Part shown: positions 41,577 to 52,295 of the stretch, in pieces
Numbering within the stretch: position 1 is the first letter of the stretch
Layout of the letters: the number at the start of each line of letters is the position of its first letter
Assembly (NCBI GenBank): GCA_947037025.1
Contig: CAMQSU010000003.1
Location: 662-64,661 of the forward strand
Direction of reading: 5' to 3'
From: an uncultured Clostridia bacterium
GTDB lineage: Bacteria > Bacillota > Clostridia > Christensenellales > UBA3700
DNA length: 64,000 bases
The notes under the pieces: model-generated
Databases searched by the model: none
What the model saw: only the letters and a program-made list of their open reading frames with translations
Told to the model about the DNA's origin: nothing
Translations under genes and position numbers: made by a program

Positions 41577-44393
41577 ATGAAAAAGTTTTCGAAAATAATA
41601 GTAGTAATTTGTTTGCTTACAACATTTGTGCTTTCAGCAGTTGCGTGTGCAGCAAGCGGAACAGCAGGTACTGATTCAGAGGGTAGATATATCTTAAATG
41701 TACCTAAAATTGAGCTATCAGCAAATGTTGTTAGCTGGCAAGAAGTCCGCTATGCTGAAAAATTCGGTATAGTGATAAATGGCGACGAAGAAAACGAGGA
41801 GTTTGTAGAAAACAACAAGACTACATTTGTCTATAATGGCAATAACGGTCCTGCATCTATCAAAGTCCGTGCAATAGGCGATAATAAAGAGACAGTTACG
41901 GGTGGTTTTTCAAATAGCGTAAACTATACACCGACAGATACTCTTGATACTCCTCAGAAGCCTGTAGGCGTAGTTGAAGGTGAAACTTTGGTTATGAATT
42001 GGGAACCTGTGAAAGGTGCTGATGAGTATATAATCAAGCAATATGCTAGTAAAGAAACTGAGTCTAAAACTCGTAAGTCAACTACTACAGAAATCAAAAT
42101 ACCTTTATCAGAGCTTACTCAACCAGGTGAATATAGTTTTGATATTAAGGCTAAAAGCAATGATATAACTATCGCTATATCAGGTAATTCTGATATGTTT
42201 AAGCACTTAAAGTCTGTGCAACTAGAAAGTCCTGTACCACTGTTTGAAGATGGTGATAGCACGACAGGTAGAATTTCATGGGAGAAAGTAGAAGACGCGA
42301 ATCAATATGCACTATTTATAGCAAAAGGTAATGATGAGTTTAAGAAAGTAGGTAATACTGCTAATAATTCTTGGTCAGAGTCTGCTATAGCTGAAGATAT
42401 TGAAGAGTATGATGGAACAAAACTTGATGCTGAAGATAAAGAATTGCCATGGGACGATCAGTCAGATGGACTTTACACATTCAAAATTCAGGCATACAAT
42501 ACAGAATCAACAGCAATTTATATCCCTTCTAAGATAGTAGATGTTAAGCTTGATAGTGATAAAACTACTATCGCTAAAGTTACTAAGCCTGCCGCTCCTA
42601 CTGGAGTTGCAATTGATCCACTAACTGGAAAAGTTTCTTGGGATAAACTAGGAGATTATAATAAATATGAAATTACTTTAGTTTCGGGTGGTATTTCAAG
42701 GACAAAAATCATTACTTTAGATGATAAGCAAGGTACATCATTTGATCTAGCAGAGTTCCCTAGTATAAAGGACACTCTTGCTGGTATGGTATTTGAAGTT
42801 AGTATCAGTGTATCGCAAGAGAATAACAAAGATACTAAAGCAGTTGTTTTAGATGGAATTAAGGAGCTTGCAACAGGAAGTTACACTTATGTTGCTACTG
42901 AATCGCCTAGCAAATTTGGCGGAACAGGAGACTATAAAGATCATTTAGCAATAAAAAAATTAGGCGATATCGCATATATGCTAGCAAATCCTGCTGAAAA
43001 ATATATCCTTAATAATAACATAGATGGAGTTGATTCTAATATTAAAGGCAGCTTATCTACAATTAATTTTACTGGAGAGTTTTACGGAAATAACAAAATA
43101 ATCAAAGATGTAAATTTTGTAGAGGATGTTAATGGGCAAATTAATTTGTTTGGTAATGTTACGGGAAAAGTGAGCGACTTTACTTTAAGTAATGTCGGGA
43201 TTGAAAGCATAAACGGTCTTCTTGACGTATCTTTAATTGCACATACTAACAGCGGAACAATATCAAATGTATATGTTGTAAAAAGTGTTTATAATATTGC
43301 GGGCGAGTTTAACGGTCTTGTAGGAACTAACACGGCAGCCGGAAAAATTAACAATGTCGGACTAGTTTATGTGACTATTAATGTAGTTCATGAAAAGACT
43401 AATAACCAAAAACTTAGTGCAGTAGGTATTGTAGGCATCAATCACGGCACAGTTCATAACGCATCTGTCATGAGTAGTATTATCAGTATTAAAGCTCCAC
43501 AGTTTGATAAGGAAACAACTAATGTTAGAACAGGCGTTTCAAGAACACTTACTGTAGCAGGTATTGCACTAGAAAACCACGGTGATATAACTTATAGCAT
43601 GGTTTACAAGAGTGAAATATTTATTCAGCATGATGATAATACTATAGATTTTTCTACTAAAGCTGTTGCGGCAGGACTTGTTGCTAATAATGTAGATGGT
43701 ACTATTTCTTTCAGTTACGCTGAGGGAGAAAATGATAGTACTAGAATGGTCTATATTCATACTCAAAATTTTAATGTAACATCTACAGCGATTGCGGGTG
43801 GGTTAGTAGGCACAGCAGATTCTATTACTATGACTTCAACTTACTATGCATCAGGTGTGGTTAGTGCTAAAGATAATGCTGCAGGTCTTATAGGTTTAGT
43901 GTCAGGCAGTGGAAGTGTTGCAATTAATGATAGCTTTGTTCACTCAGTATTATTTAGGGGTGCTAAAGTTGGATATATAACATCAGTTAAATCTACTATC
44001 ACAAATAGCAACACTTATTACAGAGTAAGTAGAGATAATGCATCTAATGAGGCTAAATACGATAAAAGCGGTGCTGTACAAATTAATGTAAGCGATTTCG
44101 CAAACTTAGTTAATGGCAAAATCAATGGATTCACTAAAAACACTCAAACTCACTCAGAGTACCCAGTACTTTCTGGCATGCTATATGTAGAGGGCACTGA
44201 TAGAGTTACAAATAAGAAAGATTCTGCTGAAAGTAAAAGAAATACAGCAATAGTTTATCACGGTAATAGCAAATTTGAAGTTACTGAAAAAACTGCGCTT
44301 ACTGAAATTGGATTCTATGTTGATAAATATAAATTGACTTTAGCTGATGGTAAGATTATAATTCTTCCAATCATGAATGAAATCAGTAACTAA
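41577..44393 (+). CDS. Large surface lipoprotein with Fn3-like repeats and GLUG-like/beta-helical C-terminal region
   Basis: AVAC lipobox; repeated SW..V..A..Y...F.I.A modules; FTGEFYGNNK.I and GGLVG/AGLVA repeats. Confidence 0.75.
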   Translation: MKKFSKIIVVICLLTTFVLSAVACAASGTAGTDSEGRYILNVPKIELSANVVSWQEVRYAEKFGIVINGDEENEEFVENNKTTFVYNGNNGPASIKVRAIGDNKETVTGGFSNSVNYTPTDTLDTPQKPVGVVEGETLVMNWEPVKGADEYIIKQYASKETESKTRKSTTTEIKIPLSELTQPGEYSFDIKAKSNDITIAISGNSDMFKHLKSVQLESPVPLFEDGDSTTGRISWEKVEDANQYALFIAKGNDEFKKVGNTANNSWSESAIAEDIEEYDGTKLDAEDKELPWDDQSDGLYTFKIQAYNTESTAIYIPSKIVDVKLDSDKTTIAKVTKPAAPTGVAIDPLTGKVSWDKLGDYNKYEITLVSGGISRTKIITLDDKQGTSFDLAEFPSIKDTLAGMVFEVSISVSQENNKDTKAVVLDGIKELATGSYTYVATESPSKFGGTGDYKDHLAIKKLGDIAYMLANPAEKYILNNNIDGVDSNIKGSLSTINFTGEFYGNNKIIKDVNFVEDVNGQINLFGNVTGKVSDFTLSNVGIESINGLLDVSLIAHTNSGTISNVYVVKSVYNIAGEFNGLVGTNTAAGKINNVGLVYVTINVVHEKTNNQKLSAVGIVGINHGTVHNASVMSSIISIKAPQFDKETTNVRTGVSRTLTVAGIALENHGDITYSMVYKSEIFIQHDDNTIDFSTKAVAAGLVANNVDGTISFSYAEGENDSTRMVYIHTQNFNVTSTAIAGGLVGTADSITMTSTYYASGVVSAKDNAAGLIGLVSGSGSVAINDSFVHSVLFRGAKVGYITSVKSTITNSNTYYRVSRDNASNEAKYDKSGAVQINVSDFANLVNGKINGFTKNTQTHSEYPVLSGMLYVEGTDRVTNKKDSAESKRNTAIVYHGNSKFEVTEKTALTEIGFYVDKYKLTLADGKIIILPIMNEISN

Positions 44394-44623
44394 TTAATCA
44401 TTTAATAGCAAAGTTGCAGCAATATATAAAGTTGCAGCAATATATATGGATATTAATATAACTATTAAAGCAAAGTCCATATTTTTTGCGGTAAATCGAA
44501 TATTATTGGCAGGCATATTCAATTGCATGTTAAATATTAATACTGGCGGTCGGATATAAATATCTTGGCTCGCTAGAGTTAATAATAATAGTGTTTATAT
44601 TAAAAAATTTTTAGGAGTATGCT

Positions 44624-45451
44624 ATGAGTGAAGAGTGTTCAGGCAGCTGTAACAGCTGTGAATCTAAAGGGAATTGTGATAATCCACTTGCAAAGCTTTC
44701 AGTAAATGACATGAGCAAAATAGGCAAAGTCATCGGTGTTGTTAGCGGAAAAGGTGGTGTTGGCAAGTCACTTACTACAGTAGCGCTTGCTAGTGCTTGT
44801 CAAAGACTTGGGTTTAAGACAGGTATTATCGATGGCGATATTTTAGGTGCATCAATACCGAATATGTTAGGTCTTACAAATGGTGTAAATAGCGACGGCA
44901 CATTTATGGATGCTGCGGTATCGTCATCAGGAATTAAGGCTATGAGCATAAATCTTTTGCTTGATACTCCGGAGACACCTGTCGTTTGGCGTGGCTCTAT
45001 TGTGTCTAATGTCCTAAAGCAATTTTGGACTGATGTCAAGTGGGGCGAGATTGATTATATGTTCGTTGATATGCCTCCTGGTACAGGAGATATTCCGCTT
45101 ACTGCTTTTCAGTCTTTACCTATTGATGGAGTTGTTATTGTCACTACGCCACAAGACTTAGTTTCTATGATCGTGAAAAAAGCTTTTAACATGGCAAACA
45201 TGATGAAAGTGCCTGTTTTAGGCATCATCGAAAATATGAGTTATCTTGATTGTTCTGACTGCGGCAAAAGGATTTATCCTTTTGGTGAAGGCAGGGCGGA
45301 AGAAGTCGCAGCAGAGCTTGGCGTGCCATTGCTAGCTAAAACTCCTATTAATCCCACTATTGCAAAAGCTTGTGATGATGGAGTTATTGAAGATATAGTA
45401 ATGACGAGTTATGAAGATGCTGCTGCAGCTCTTCTAAAATTAATCCCGTAA
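44624..45451 (+). CDS. mrp: Mrp/NBP35 (ApbC) Fe-S cluster carrier ATPase
   Basis: SGKGGVGKS, VVWRG, DMPPGTGD, ENMS...CxxC. Confidence 0.95.
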   Translation: MSEECSGSCNSCESKGNCDNPLAKLSVNDMSKIGKVIGVVSGKGGVGKSLTTVALASACQRLGFKTGIIDGDILGASIPNMLGLTNGVNSDGTFMDAAVSSSGIKAMSINLLLDTPETPVVWRGSIVSNVLKQFWTDVKWGEIDYMFVDMPPGTGDIPLTAFQSLPIDGVVIVTTPQDLVSMIVKKAFNMANMMKVPVLGIIENMSYLDCSDCGKRIYPFGEGRAEEVAAELGVPLLAKTPINPTIAKACDDGVIEDIVMTSYEDAAAALLKLIP

Positions 45452-45609
45452 ATATAATAATAAATACACTTTGACTAGGCGATTATATGCCTAGTCGTTG
45501 TGCTGTTATGAGAGTGAATATTTCAGTAGCATATTAGCGTTTAATAGGGGCAATTAAGTAGCAAATAATAAAATTTACCATTATCTACCCAGATAATCCA
45601 CGGAGGCAT

Positions 45610-48435
45610 ATGAAAAATAAAGAGAAATTACAACTAACCGAAGATATTATTATTGATAAAGAGTTTGGTCTTACCGAGGCGGCAGTTGCGGAGAGAATTA
45701 AAAAAGGATATATTAATAATGTTAAGATAGGTACTTCTAAGACTTACTTCGGTATATTCTTTGGTAATTTATTTACCTTCTTTAACATACTGTCTTTTGC
45801 CATATTTGTTTGGCTTGTCACTATCGTAAGGACTTTTGATGATGCCAAAAATTTGACTTTTATGTTTATTATATTAGCAAATATCATAATCGGTATTGCT
45901 CAAGAAATTAGAGCGAAAAGAACTATGGATAAGCTATCGCTAATGTCATCGCCAAATGTAACTGTTCGCAGATTTGGCAAAGATGTAATTATAAAGCTTA
46001 ATGAAATTTTGCTCGGTGATATAATGAATCTAAAGAGTGGTTCGCAAGTTTGCTCTGATGCAATTATTATCCAAGGCGAGGTGGAAGTCAATGAGGCACT
46101 TTTAACTGGTGAGTCACAGGCAATTAAGAAGGGCGAAGGAGATCAGTTGCTCTCTGGTAGCTTTATAGTTAGCGGTCAGTGTATATCAGAAGTTGATCAC
46201 GTAGGTGCTGATAACTACATACAAAGACTTTCTATCGACGCGAAAAAGTTTAAAAAACCAGAGTCAGAGCTGTTGCATTCACTAAAGCTAATTATGCGTA
46301 TTATAGGTGTACTTATTTTACCGATTGCGATAGGTGCATTCTTTACTAACTGGAGTGGCGCACTTGTTGAAATTGCTGCTAATAGTGGTATTGCAATTGA
46401 TTCTGTAGGTCTTTTTGCAGCAATTAGTCAGCTAGATCTATTCAGTTCAGCGCAATTATATGATGCTTATGTATCCGCAGTAACCCCTACAAGTGCTGCA
46501 ATGATAGGTATGATACCAGCAGGATTATTCCTTTTAACATCTATGGCACTTGCAGTCGGAGTTATCAAACTAGGAAAGAAAAATGCACTAGTTCAAGAGC
46601 TATATTCAATAGAAACTTTAGCCCGTGTTGATATGCTTTGCCTTGATAAAACAGGTACTATCACTGATGGTACAATGAGTGTTAGAGCTATTGAGGCGGC
46701 AACGCTTCCTAATAACGAAATTGGCGATATTATATCTAGTATGCAGTCTGCACTTGGCGAAAGTAATCAAACTGCAGATGCACTAGCAGCGCACTTTGGA
46801 TCGGTCGATCTGCTTAAATCACGCAGTGTTATTCCTTTCTCATCAGACAGAAAATGCTCAGCAGTCACTTTTGAGGATGGAACAATGTATATTCTTGGCG
46901 CGCCAGAGTATGCTACCGGCAAAATTGATGCTAAATTGCAGACAATTATTGATAATAATTCTAAACAAGGCTTTAGATGTTTACTTCTTTGCTCAAACAA
47001 AAATGTAGAAAATGAGGAGATAATTCCTAATGACAATACGCCAATCGGTGTTGTAGTTATAGAGGATAATATCAAGAGCGATGCAGTGGAAATTATCAGT
47101 TACTTTAAGCAAAACGGCGTTGACGTTAGAGTTATAAGTGGTGATAATCCTATCACAGTTAGCGAAGTTGCTAGAAGAGTCGGTATTGATAATGCGGAAA
47201 AATATATCAGCTTGCAGCATATGACTGATGAAGAAATTAAGGAAATTGCTCTTGAATATACAGTATTCGGTAGAGTTAATCCTCATCAGAAAAAATTGCT
47301 AGTTCAGCAGTTTAAGGCGGCTAAACACATAGTAGCAATGACTGGTGATGGTATCAATGATATACTTGCTCTTAAAGAAGCAGATTGTTCGATTGCTATG
47401 GCTAACGGTAGTGAAGCTACTCGTAATGTCGCACACATCGTACTACTTGATAGTAATTTTGCAAGTATGCCTAAGGTAGTTAGTGAGGGTAGACGTGTTG
47501 TTAATAATATAGAACGTGCAAGCTCATTATTCTTATCAAAAACAGCATTCTCTATGGTATTTCAATTGATTTTAATATTTATGGGTATGGAGTTGCCACT
47601 AGAGCCAGTTCAACTGTCTTTCATAAGTTTCTTTATAATCGGCGTTCCATCATTCTTCCTTGCACTTGAGCCTAATAACAATCTCATTGAAGGAAAGTTT
47701 ATTGTCAATGTGGCAAGGCGAGTCATTCCAGGCTCGATTGCAGTAGTCCTGAATGTAGTTCTAGTTATGATATTTACTCAGGCTACTAATCTTATTTCAA
47801 TCCCAGATGCACAGCTTAACTCTGTTGTTTTAATATCAATTTATTTGACTTTTGCAGTTATTCTGTTCAATGTATGTAAGCCATTTAATCGAAATCGAAT
47901 AATTCTGTTTGCATCCATATCCTTCCTAGCAGTGCTTTGTATTGTTGTTAGCCCATATGTTGGCGATATAATGAATATATTTAAGCTAGTTAGTGTTAAG
48001 GATGCTCCGGCAGTATTTATGATTATGAGTATGTTACTAATCAGTATCATCGTTATAAAAGGCGGAACTTATGTAATGGAAAGGGTTAAATATGACGATA
48101 ATAAAAAGCTTTATTTTGATGTAGATATTAAAAAGGTTTGGTCTGACTTTATACACGATACTAATAATTTAGTTAATGTGTTTGGCTCTGATGAGGGTGA
48201 TAATAACGAAAAAGTTGATGATATTGATAGTGTAGATAATACTACTACTTCTGATGAAATCACTTGCGATATTAAAGCTGATAATGATAATAAAGAAGCA
48301 GATTGCATCAAAAAAGCTAAAAGCAATGATAGCGAAAAGGATCAAAAATCTGACGACAAAGTAGCTAAGATTGTTGCAAAGACTGATGATAAAGATAATA
48401 AAACAATCAAAAAACCTCAAGGAAAAAAGAAATAA
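45610..48435 (+). CDS. P-type cation-transporting ATPase (CtpE-like)
   Basis: LTGES, DKTGT, ISGDN, MTGDGIND; M4 reads IPAGL. Confidence 0.92.
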   Translation: MKNKEKLQLTEDIIIDKEFGLTEAAVAERIKKGYINNVKIGTSKTYFGIFFGNLFTFFNILSFAIFVWLVTIVRTFDDAKNLTFMFIILANIIIGIAQEIRAKRTMDKLSLMSSPNVTVRRFGKDVIIKLNEILLGDIMNLKSGSQVCSDAIIIQGEVEVNEALLTGESQAIKKGEGDQLLSGSFIVSGQCISEVDHVGADNYIQRLSIDAKKFKKPESELLHSLKLIMRIIGVLILPIAIGAFFTNWSGALVEIAANSGIAIDSVGLFAAISQLDLFSSAQLYDAYVSAVTPTSAAMIGMIPAGLFLLTSMALAVGVIKLGKKNALVQELYSIETLARVDMLCLDKTGTITDGTMSVRAIEAATLPNNEIGDIISSMQSALGESNQTADALAAHFGSVDLLKSRSVIPFSSDRKCSAVTFEDGTMYILGAPEYATGKIDAKLQTIIDNNSKQGFRCLLLCSNKNVENEEIIPNDNTPIGVVVIEDNIKSDAVEIISYFKQNGVDVRVISGDNPITVSEVARRVGIDNAEKYISLQHMTDEEIKEIALEYTVFGRVNPHQKKLLVQQFKAAKHIVAMTGDGINDILALKEADCSIAMANGSEATRNVAHIVLLDSNFASMPKVVSEGRRVVNNIERASSLFLSKTAFSMVFQLILIFMGMELPLEPVQLSFISFFIIGVPSFFLALEPNNNLIEGKFIVNVARRVIPGSIAVVLNVVLVMIFTQATNLISIPDAQLNSVVLISIYLTFAVILFNVCKPFNRNRIILFASISFLAVLCIVVSPYVGDIMNIFKLVSVKDAPAVFMIMSMLLISIIVIKGGTYVMERVKYDDNKKLYFDVDIKKVWSDFIHDTNNLVNVFGSDEGDNNEKVDDIDSVDNTTTSDEITCDIKADNDNKEADCIKKAKSNDSEKDQKSDDKVAKIVAKTDDKDNKTIKKPQGKKK

Positions 48436-48452
48436 GCGACTGAAAAATAATC

Positions 48453-48550
48453 AAAATACGTGCAAAAAACAAGCAAAAAACGCATGAAAAACGCACAAAA
48501 AACGTGCCAAAAACGCACAAAAACGTGCAAAAAACGCATGAAAAACAAGC
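48453..48550 (+). repeat. Phased A-tract array (9 units of 10-12 bp, AAAAAACGYRC-like)
   Basis: Read directly; 98 bp over 9 units, mean period about 10.9 bp. Confidence 0.85.
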
Positions 48551-48721
48551 AAAATTGTGTGATTTTTTTCAATAAATTAGCAATATGAAATAATATAATA
48601 ACTGATTATTTGCGGCATACTAGCTGCTAAATAGATTTATACTATCCTTATATCCGGTGCGAATTGCTACTAGATACAGGCTGGTACAGGCAAGGAATAC
48701 CTACGGGTAGAAGGAGTATTT

Positions 48722-50152
48722 ATGATAAAAGGTGAAAAGCTACAGCTGATGATAGAAGGCGTAGGAATGGATGGAGAGGGCGTTGCAAAGCATGAGGGTA
48801 TAGTTGTATTTGTGCCAATGACTCTTGTAGGTGAAGTGGTTGAGGCTACTATTACTTTCGTTAAAAAGAAGTTTGCAACAGCACGAGTGTTTAAGGTTTT
48901 GATAGCATCTCCGATGCGTAGAGATCCAATTTGCCCGATATTTTTTCAGTGCGGTGGATGCTCAATGATGCATATTAAGTATGATGCTCAGCTTGCGATT
49001 AAGAAAGAAAATGTAAGCAATTGCATGAGAAAAGTTGCAAAAATTGACACAGAAGTTGATGATGTTATCGCATGTAGCACTGAGTATGAATACCGTAATA
49101 AGATACAAGTCCCTATATCTAATCTTGATGGAGAAATCATTGTTGGTTACTATAGAGAGAAGTCTCACGTTGTTGAGCCTTTTAACAGATGTTACTTGCA
49201 TGGCGAGTGGGCAGATGATATTATAGACGCTTTCCTTGAGTGGGCAAACCGTTATAAATTAACTGCATATGATGAAAAAACTGGTAAGGGATTGCTTAGA
49301 CATTTAGTACTTAGAAGGCTTGGTGACGTTATATCAATTGTTATCGTTATCAACGGTTCATCAATACCTGATAAGGATAAATTAAGCGGATATATTCATG
49401 ATATGGGTTACAAGTTTAGTATGTATATGAATATAAATAAGGAAGATACTAACGTTATTATGTCGGCAAAAACTGTTAATATTTATGGTAAAATGGACAT
49501 AATGCACCAGATTTCAGGAGTTAAACTTGCTGTTGCACCTAACGCTTTTATGCAAGTAAATGACGAGATTGCAGAGATGATTTATGATAATATCGCAACT
49601 AAAATATCAGTACATAAGTCGCCGCTAGTCCTTGAGTGTTACTCAGGAATTGGTATGTTATCTAACATTATCGCACGCACAACGGATAGACTTGTAAGTG
49701 TTGAGATTGAGCCATCAGCCACTTCTAATGCTAATACTATGGCCGTTCTTAATGGCAATGATGATAAGATTCTTAATATATGCGGTGATGCTGGCAAGGT
49801 TATGCCAATGCTTGCAGCAATAGCAAGAGGTGTTGATGAGGTTACTCTTGACGATATCAATTTGACTGAAATTGAGAAAGAAAGACTAAATAAAATGCTA
49901 ACTGTACGCGGTGAAAATCAGGATATAGTAGTTGTTCTTGACCCTCCAAGAAAGGGTTGTGATGCTAGCGTTTTGCAGGCTGTAATAGCTGCTAGACCTA
50001 ACTTTATATACTATATAAGCTGTTCTCCATCTACGCTTGCTCGTGACTTATCAATACTGAAAGAAAAGTTTGATGTTGTAAGTATTAGTCCATATGACAT
50101 GTTCCCTAATACTTCTCACGTTGAGACAGTTGTACAATTAAAGTTAAAATAA
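48722..50152 (+). CDS. rlmD: 23S rRNA (uracil-5)-methyltransferase RlmD/RumA
   Basis: TRAM domain, C-x5-CGGC, AFMQVN, DPPRKG, YISC, DMFPNTSHVE. Confidence 0.95.
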   Translation: MIKGEKLQLMIEGVGMDGEGVAKHEGIVVFVPMTLVGEVVEATITFVKKKFATARVFKVLIASPMRRDPICPIFFQCGGCSMMHIKYDAQLAIKKENVSNCMRKVAKIDTEVDDVIACSTEYEYRNKIQVPISNLDGEIIVGYYREKSHVVEPFNRCYLHGEWADDIIDAFLEWANRYKLTAYDEKTGKGLLRHLVLRRLGDVISIVIVINGSSIPDKDKLSGYIHDMGYKFSMYMNINKEDTNVIMSAKTVNIYGKMDIMHQISGVKLAVAPNAFMQVNDEIAEMIYDNIATKISVHKSPLVLECYSGIGMLSNIIARTTDRLVSVEIEPSATSNANTMAVLNGNDDKILNICGDAGKVMPMLAAIARGVDEVTLDDINLTEIEKERLNKMLTVRGENQDIVVVLDPPRKGCDASVLQAVIAARPNFIYYISCSPSTLARDLSILKEKFDVVSISPYDMFPNTSHVETVVQLKLK

Positions 50153-50236
50153 TTGCGACTAGTGCAGAGTAGTTTAATATGATTTTATATCATATTCAGG
50201 TATAAATGCAATGAAAATTTAATGATAAAATTATAT

Positions 50237-50283
50237 ATATGAGCAGTGTTTTAGGCGAAAGTCAACACTGCTCATATTGTTTT
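50237..50283 (+). terminator. Hairpin/terminator after rlmD
   Basis: ATATGAGCAGTGTT...AACACTGCTCATAT with inner GAAA-capped stem. Confidence 0.75.
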
Positions 50284-50491
50284 ATAGCATATTCATGTAT
50301 GAAGATATGCAAATATGCTGATATGTAAAAGCACGCATATGTATAAATGCTATTATATAATAGTAAAATAATTTTGCAATATATAATTCTCTCTTGTGAT
50401 TTTGCTGCAAATGTGATATAATAATATAAGCAATTGCAAACAGTTTAATTGCAAATGCAAATGCCTGCAATTTTTAAGGAGATTATATAAT

Positions 50492-51049
50492 ATGCTTTTA
50501 GATTTAACACTAAACGTTGCAAAGAATAGTGAAATATTTGGTTGGGTAGAATGTCAACATAATAAGCTAGCAGCACTTGGTCATGTAGGTACTCACCTAG
50601 ATACTCATTGTAATTCCACAGTGCCATTAGACTATTTTCGCTGTGATGGAGTAATGTTTGATGTGTGTGGGATTGCTGAAATTGGGCTTAGTGATATAGA
50701 TATATCTAAGGTCATGGATCGTGGATTTGTCATGTTTTATACTGGACGCATAAACAAATATGAGTATGGAACGGGCGAGTATTTTGGAGAGCATCCTCAA
50801 CTATCGCCTGAATTAATAGACAGTTTAATTATGAAAAATATTAGATTTATAGGTATTGATGCGGCAGGAATAAGACGAGGACTTGAGCATGAGGAAGCAG
50901 ATAAACATTGCGAGAGGAACGGAGTTTACGTAATTGAAAACCTCATTAATCTTGATAGCATTCCTAATGAAAAGTTTACGGTGTTTACTATGTGGATTAA
51001 TGATAGTGAGATGACTGGCATTAAATGCAGAGTAATTGTAGAAGTATAA
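50492..51049 (+). CDS. Cyclase family protein (kynurenine formamidase-like)
   Basis: HVGTHLD, HPQLS, IGIDA, IENL. Confidence 0.88.
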   Translation: MLLDLTLNVAKNSEIFGWVECQHNKLAALGHVGTHLDTHCNSTVPLDYFRCDGVMFDVCGIAEIGLSDIDISKVMDRGFVMFYTGRINKYEYGTGEYFGEHPQLSPELIDSLIMKNIRFIGIDAAGIRRGLEHEEADKHCERNGVYVIENLINLDSIPNEKFTVFTMWINDSEMTGIKCRVIVEV

Positions 51050-51428
51050 AATTTTTAACTTAACAGTTAAATATTATCAATAATTAAATGAATTTCAAAT
51101 TAGATAAAACTTGTAAATATAGATAGAAAATATCAGCAAAAGTGAAAAATATTTTTGGAAGTTTTTTCAGGTAAAATACATAAAATATTTATTAAAATTC
51201 TGATTATATATTTGATGTTTTTACCTCATAAATAGTAATAATATACTATTTTTTAAGAAAAATGCTAATATATACACTATTTGCTATATATATTAATTGA
51301 TATAAAACAACTATTTAATTAAAAAAAATTGCAAATAAATATAAAAGATAATTCAATAAAAAAATAATAATTATGCAAATAAATGTATAAAAAAATATTT
51401 GAATATACGGAAGAATAGGAGATAAATT

Positions 51429-51635
51429 ATGTGTGAAAATAAAGTAGATAATTGTCCTTGTCCTAAAAAGACTTGTGCAAATCATGGTATATGTGTTAAA
51501 TGCGTGCTGAAGCATAAATTAACTGATAGTTTGCCATATTGCTTATTTCCAGATAACGATGGGGATAAAAGCTTATCAAATTATTACAATAAGTTGAAAG
51601 AACGATTTGAGCCTAAATGCTTAAATGATAAATAA
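51429..51635 (+). CDS. Small Cys/His-rich hypothetical protein
   Basis: CPCxxxxCxxHGxCxxCxxxH...LPYC; AGGAG RBS. Confidence 0.75.
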   Translation: MCENKVDNCPCPKKTCANHGICVKCVLKHKLTDSLPYCLFPDNDGDKSLSNYYNKLKERFEPKCLNDK

Positions 51636-51661
51636 AGTATAACAGGGAATTTAAGGAGTAA

Positions 51662-52039
51662 ATGCATATGAAAAATAATATAAGTTGTGACTGTGAAGTT
51701 ATACACGAGCATATGGTGGTTAAAGCACGTAATAGCATGCCGAGTGAATCTGATATAATTGATGTTGCAGGACTTTTTAAAGTGCTTGGCGATAAGACTA
51801 GATGTAGTATTGTGTTCGGCTTAGTAGATAATGAGTTATGTGTTTGCGATATTTGCAGCTTGCTAAATATGACTAAATCAGCAATTTCTCATCAACTGTC
51901 AACACTTAAATTAGCTCGTGTGGTAAAGTCTAGGCGAGATGGCAAAACTATCTACTACTCTTTAGATGATAGCCATGTTAAAAACATAGTTGTGGATACA
52001 CTTATTCATGTAATGCACGCGCAGATAAGTGATAAATAA
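51662..52039 (+). CDS. ArsR/SmtB (CadC-like) metal-responsive repressor
   Basis: N-terminal CDC..IH, FKVLGDxTR, ELCVCD, SAISHQL, YYSLDDxHV. Confidence 0.93.
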   Translation: MHMKNNISCDCEVIHEHMVVKARNSMPSESDIIDVAGLFKVLGDKTRCSIVFGLVDNELCVCDICSLLNMTKSAISHQLSTLKLARVVKSRRDGKTIYYSLDDSHVKNIVVDTLIHVMHAQISDK

Positions 52040-52087
52040 TATGGCTGAATAACAGTAAAATTAGAATGCAATTTAAAAGACATATTT

Positions 52088-52125
52088 TGTCATCATCAGG
52101 AGAAATCTTGATGGTGGCATTTTTT
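52088..52125 (+). terminator. Terminator after arsR-family gene
   Basis: TGTCATCATCAGGA-gaaa-TCTTGATGGTGGCA plus T6. Confidence 0.85.
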
Positions 52126-52210
52126 CTGTCAAATTTAGCATTACTATTTTAAATATTGCTTATCACGTTGTTGAGCATTTTAAAATAAATAAATTATTTT
52201 CCGAAAAGAC

Positions 52211-52269
52211 TTGACAATTGAGCATGTATTCAACTATAATATGATTATGTTAGTTGAGTAAGTATTCAA
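52211..52269 (+). promoter_or_regulatory. Promoter with two ArsR/SmtB-type operators
   Basis: TTGACA-18 bp-TATAAT; TTGAGCATGTATTCAA (52218-52233) and TTGAGTAAGTATTCAA (52254-52269). Confidence 0.82.
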
Positions 52270-52295
52270 TCAATTGACAAAAGGAGATAAAGAGA

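Noticed and set aside
44410-44447. 18-bp direct duplication AAAGTTGCAGCAATATAT
   Set aside because: Two copies only; most simply a slippage duplication
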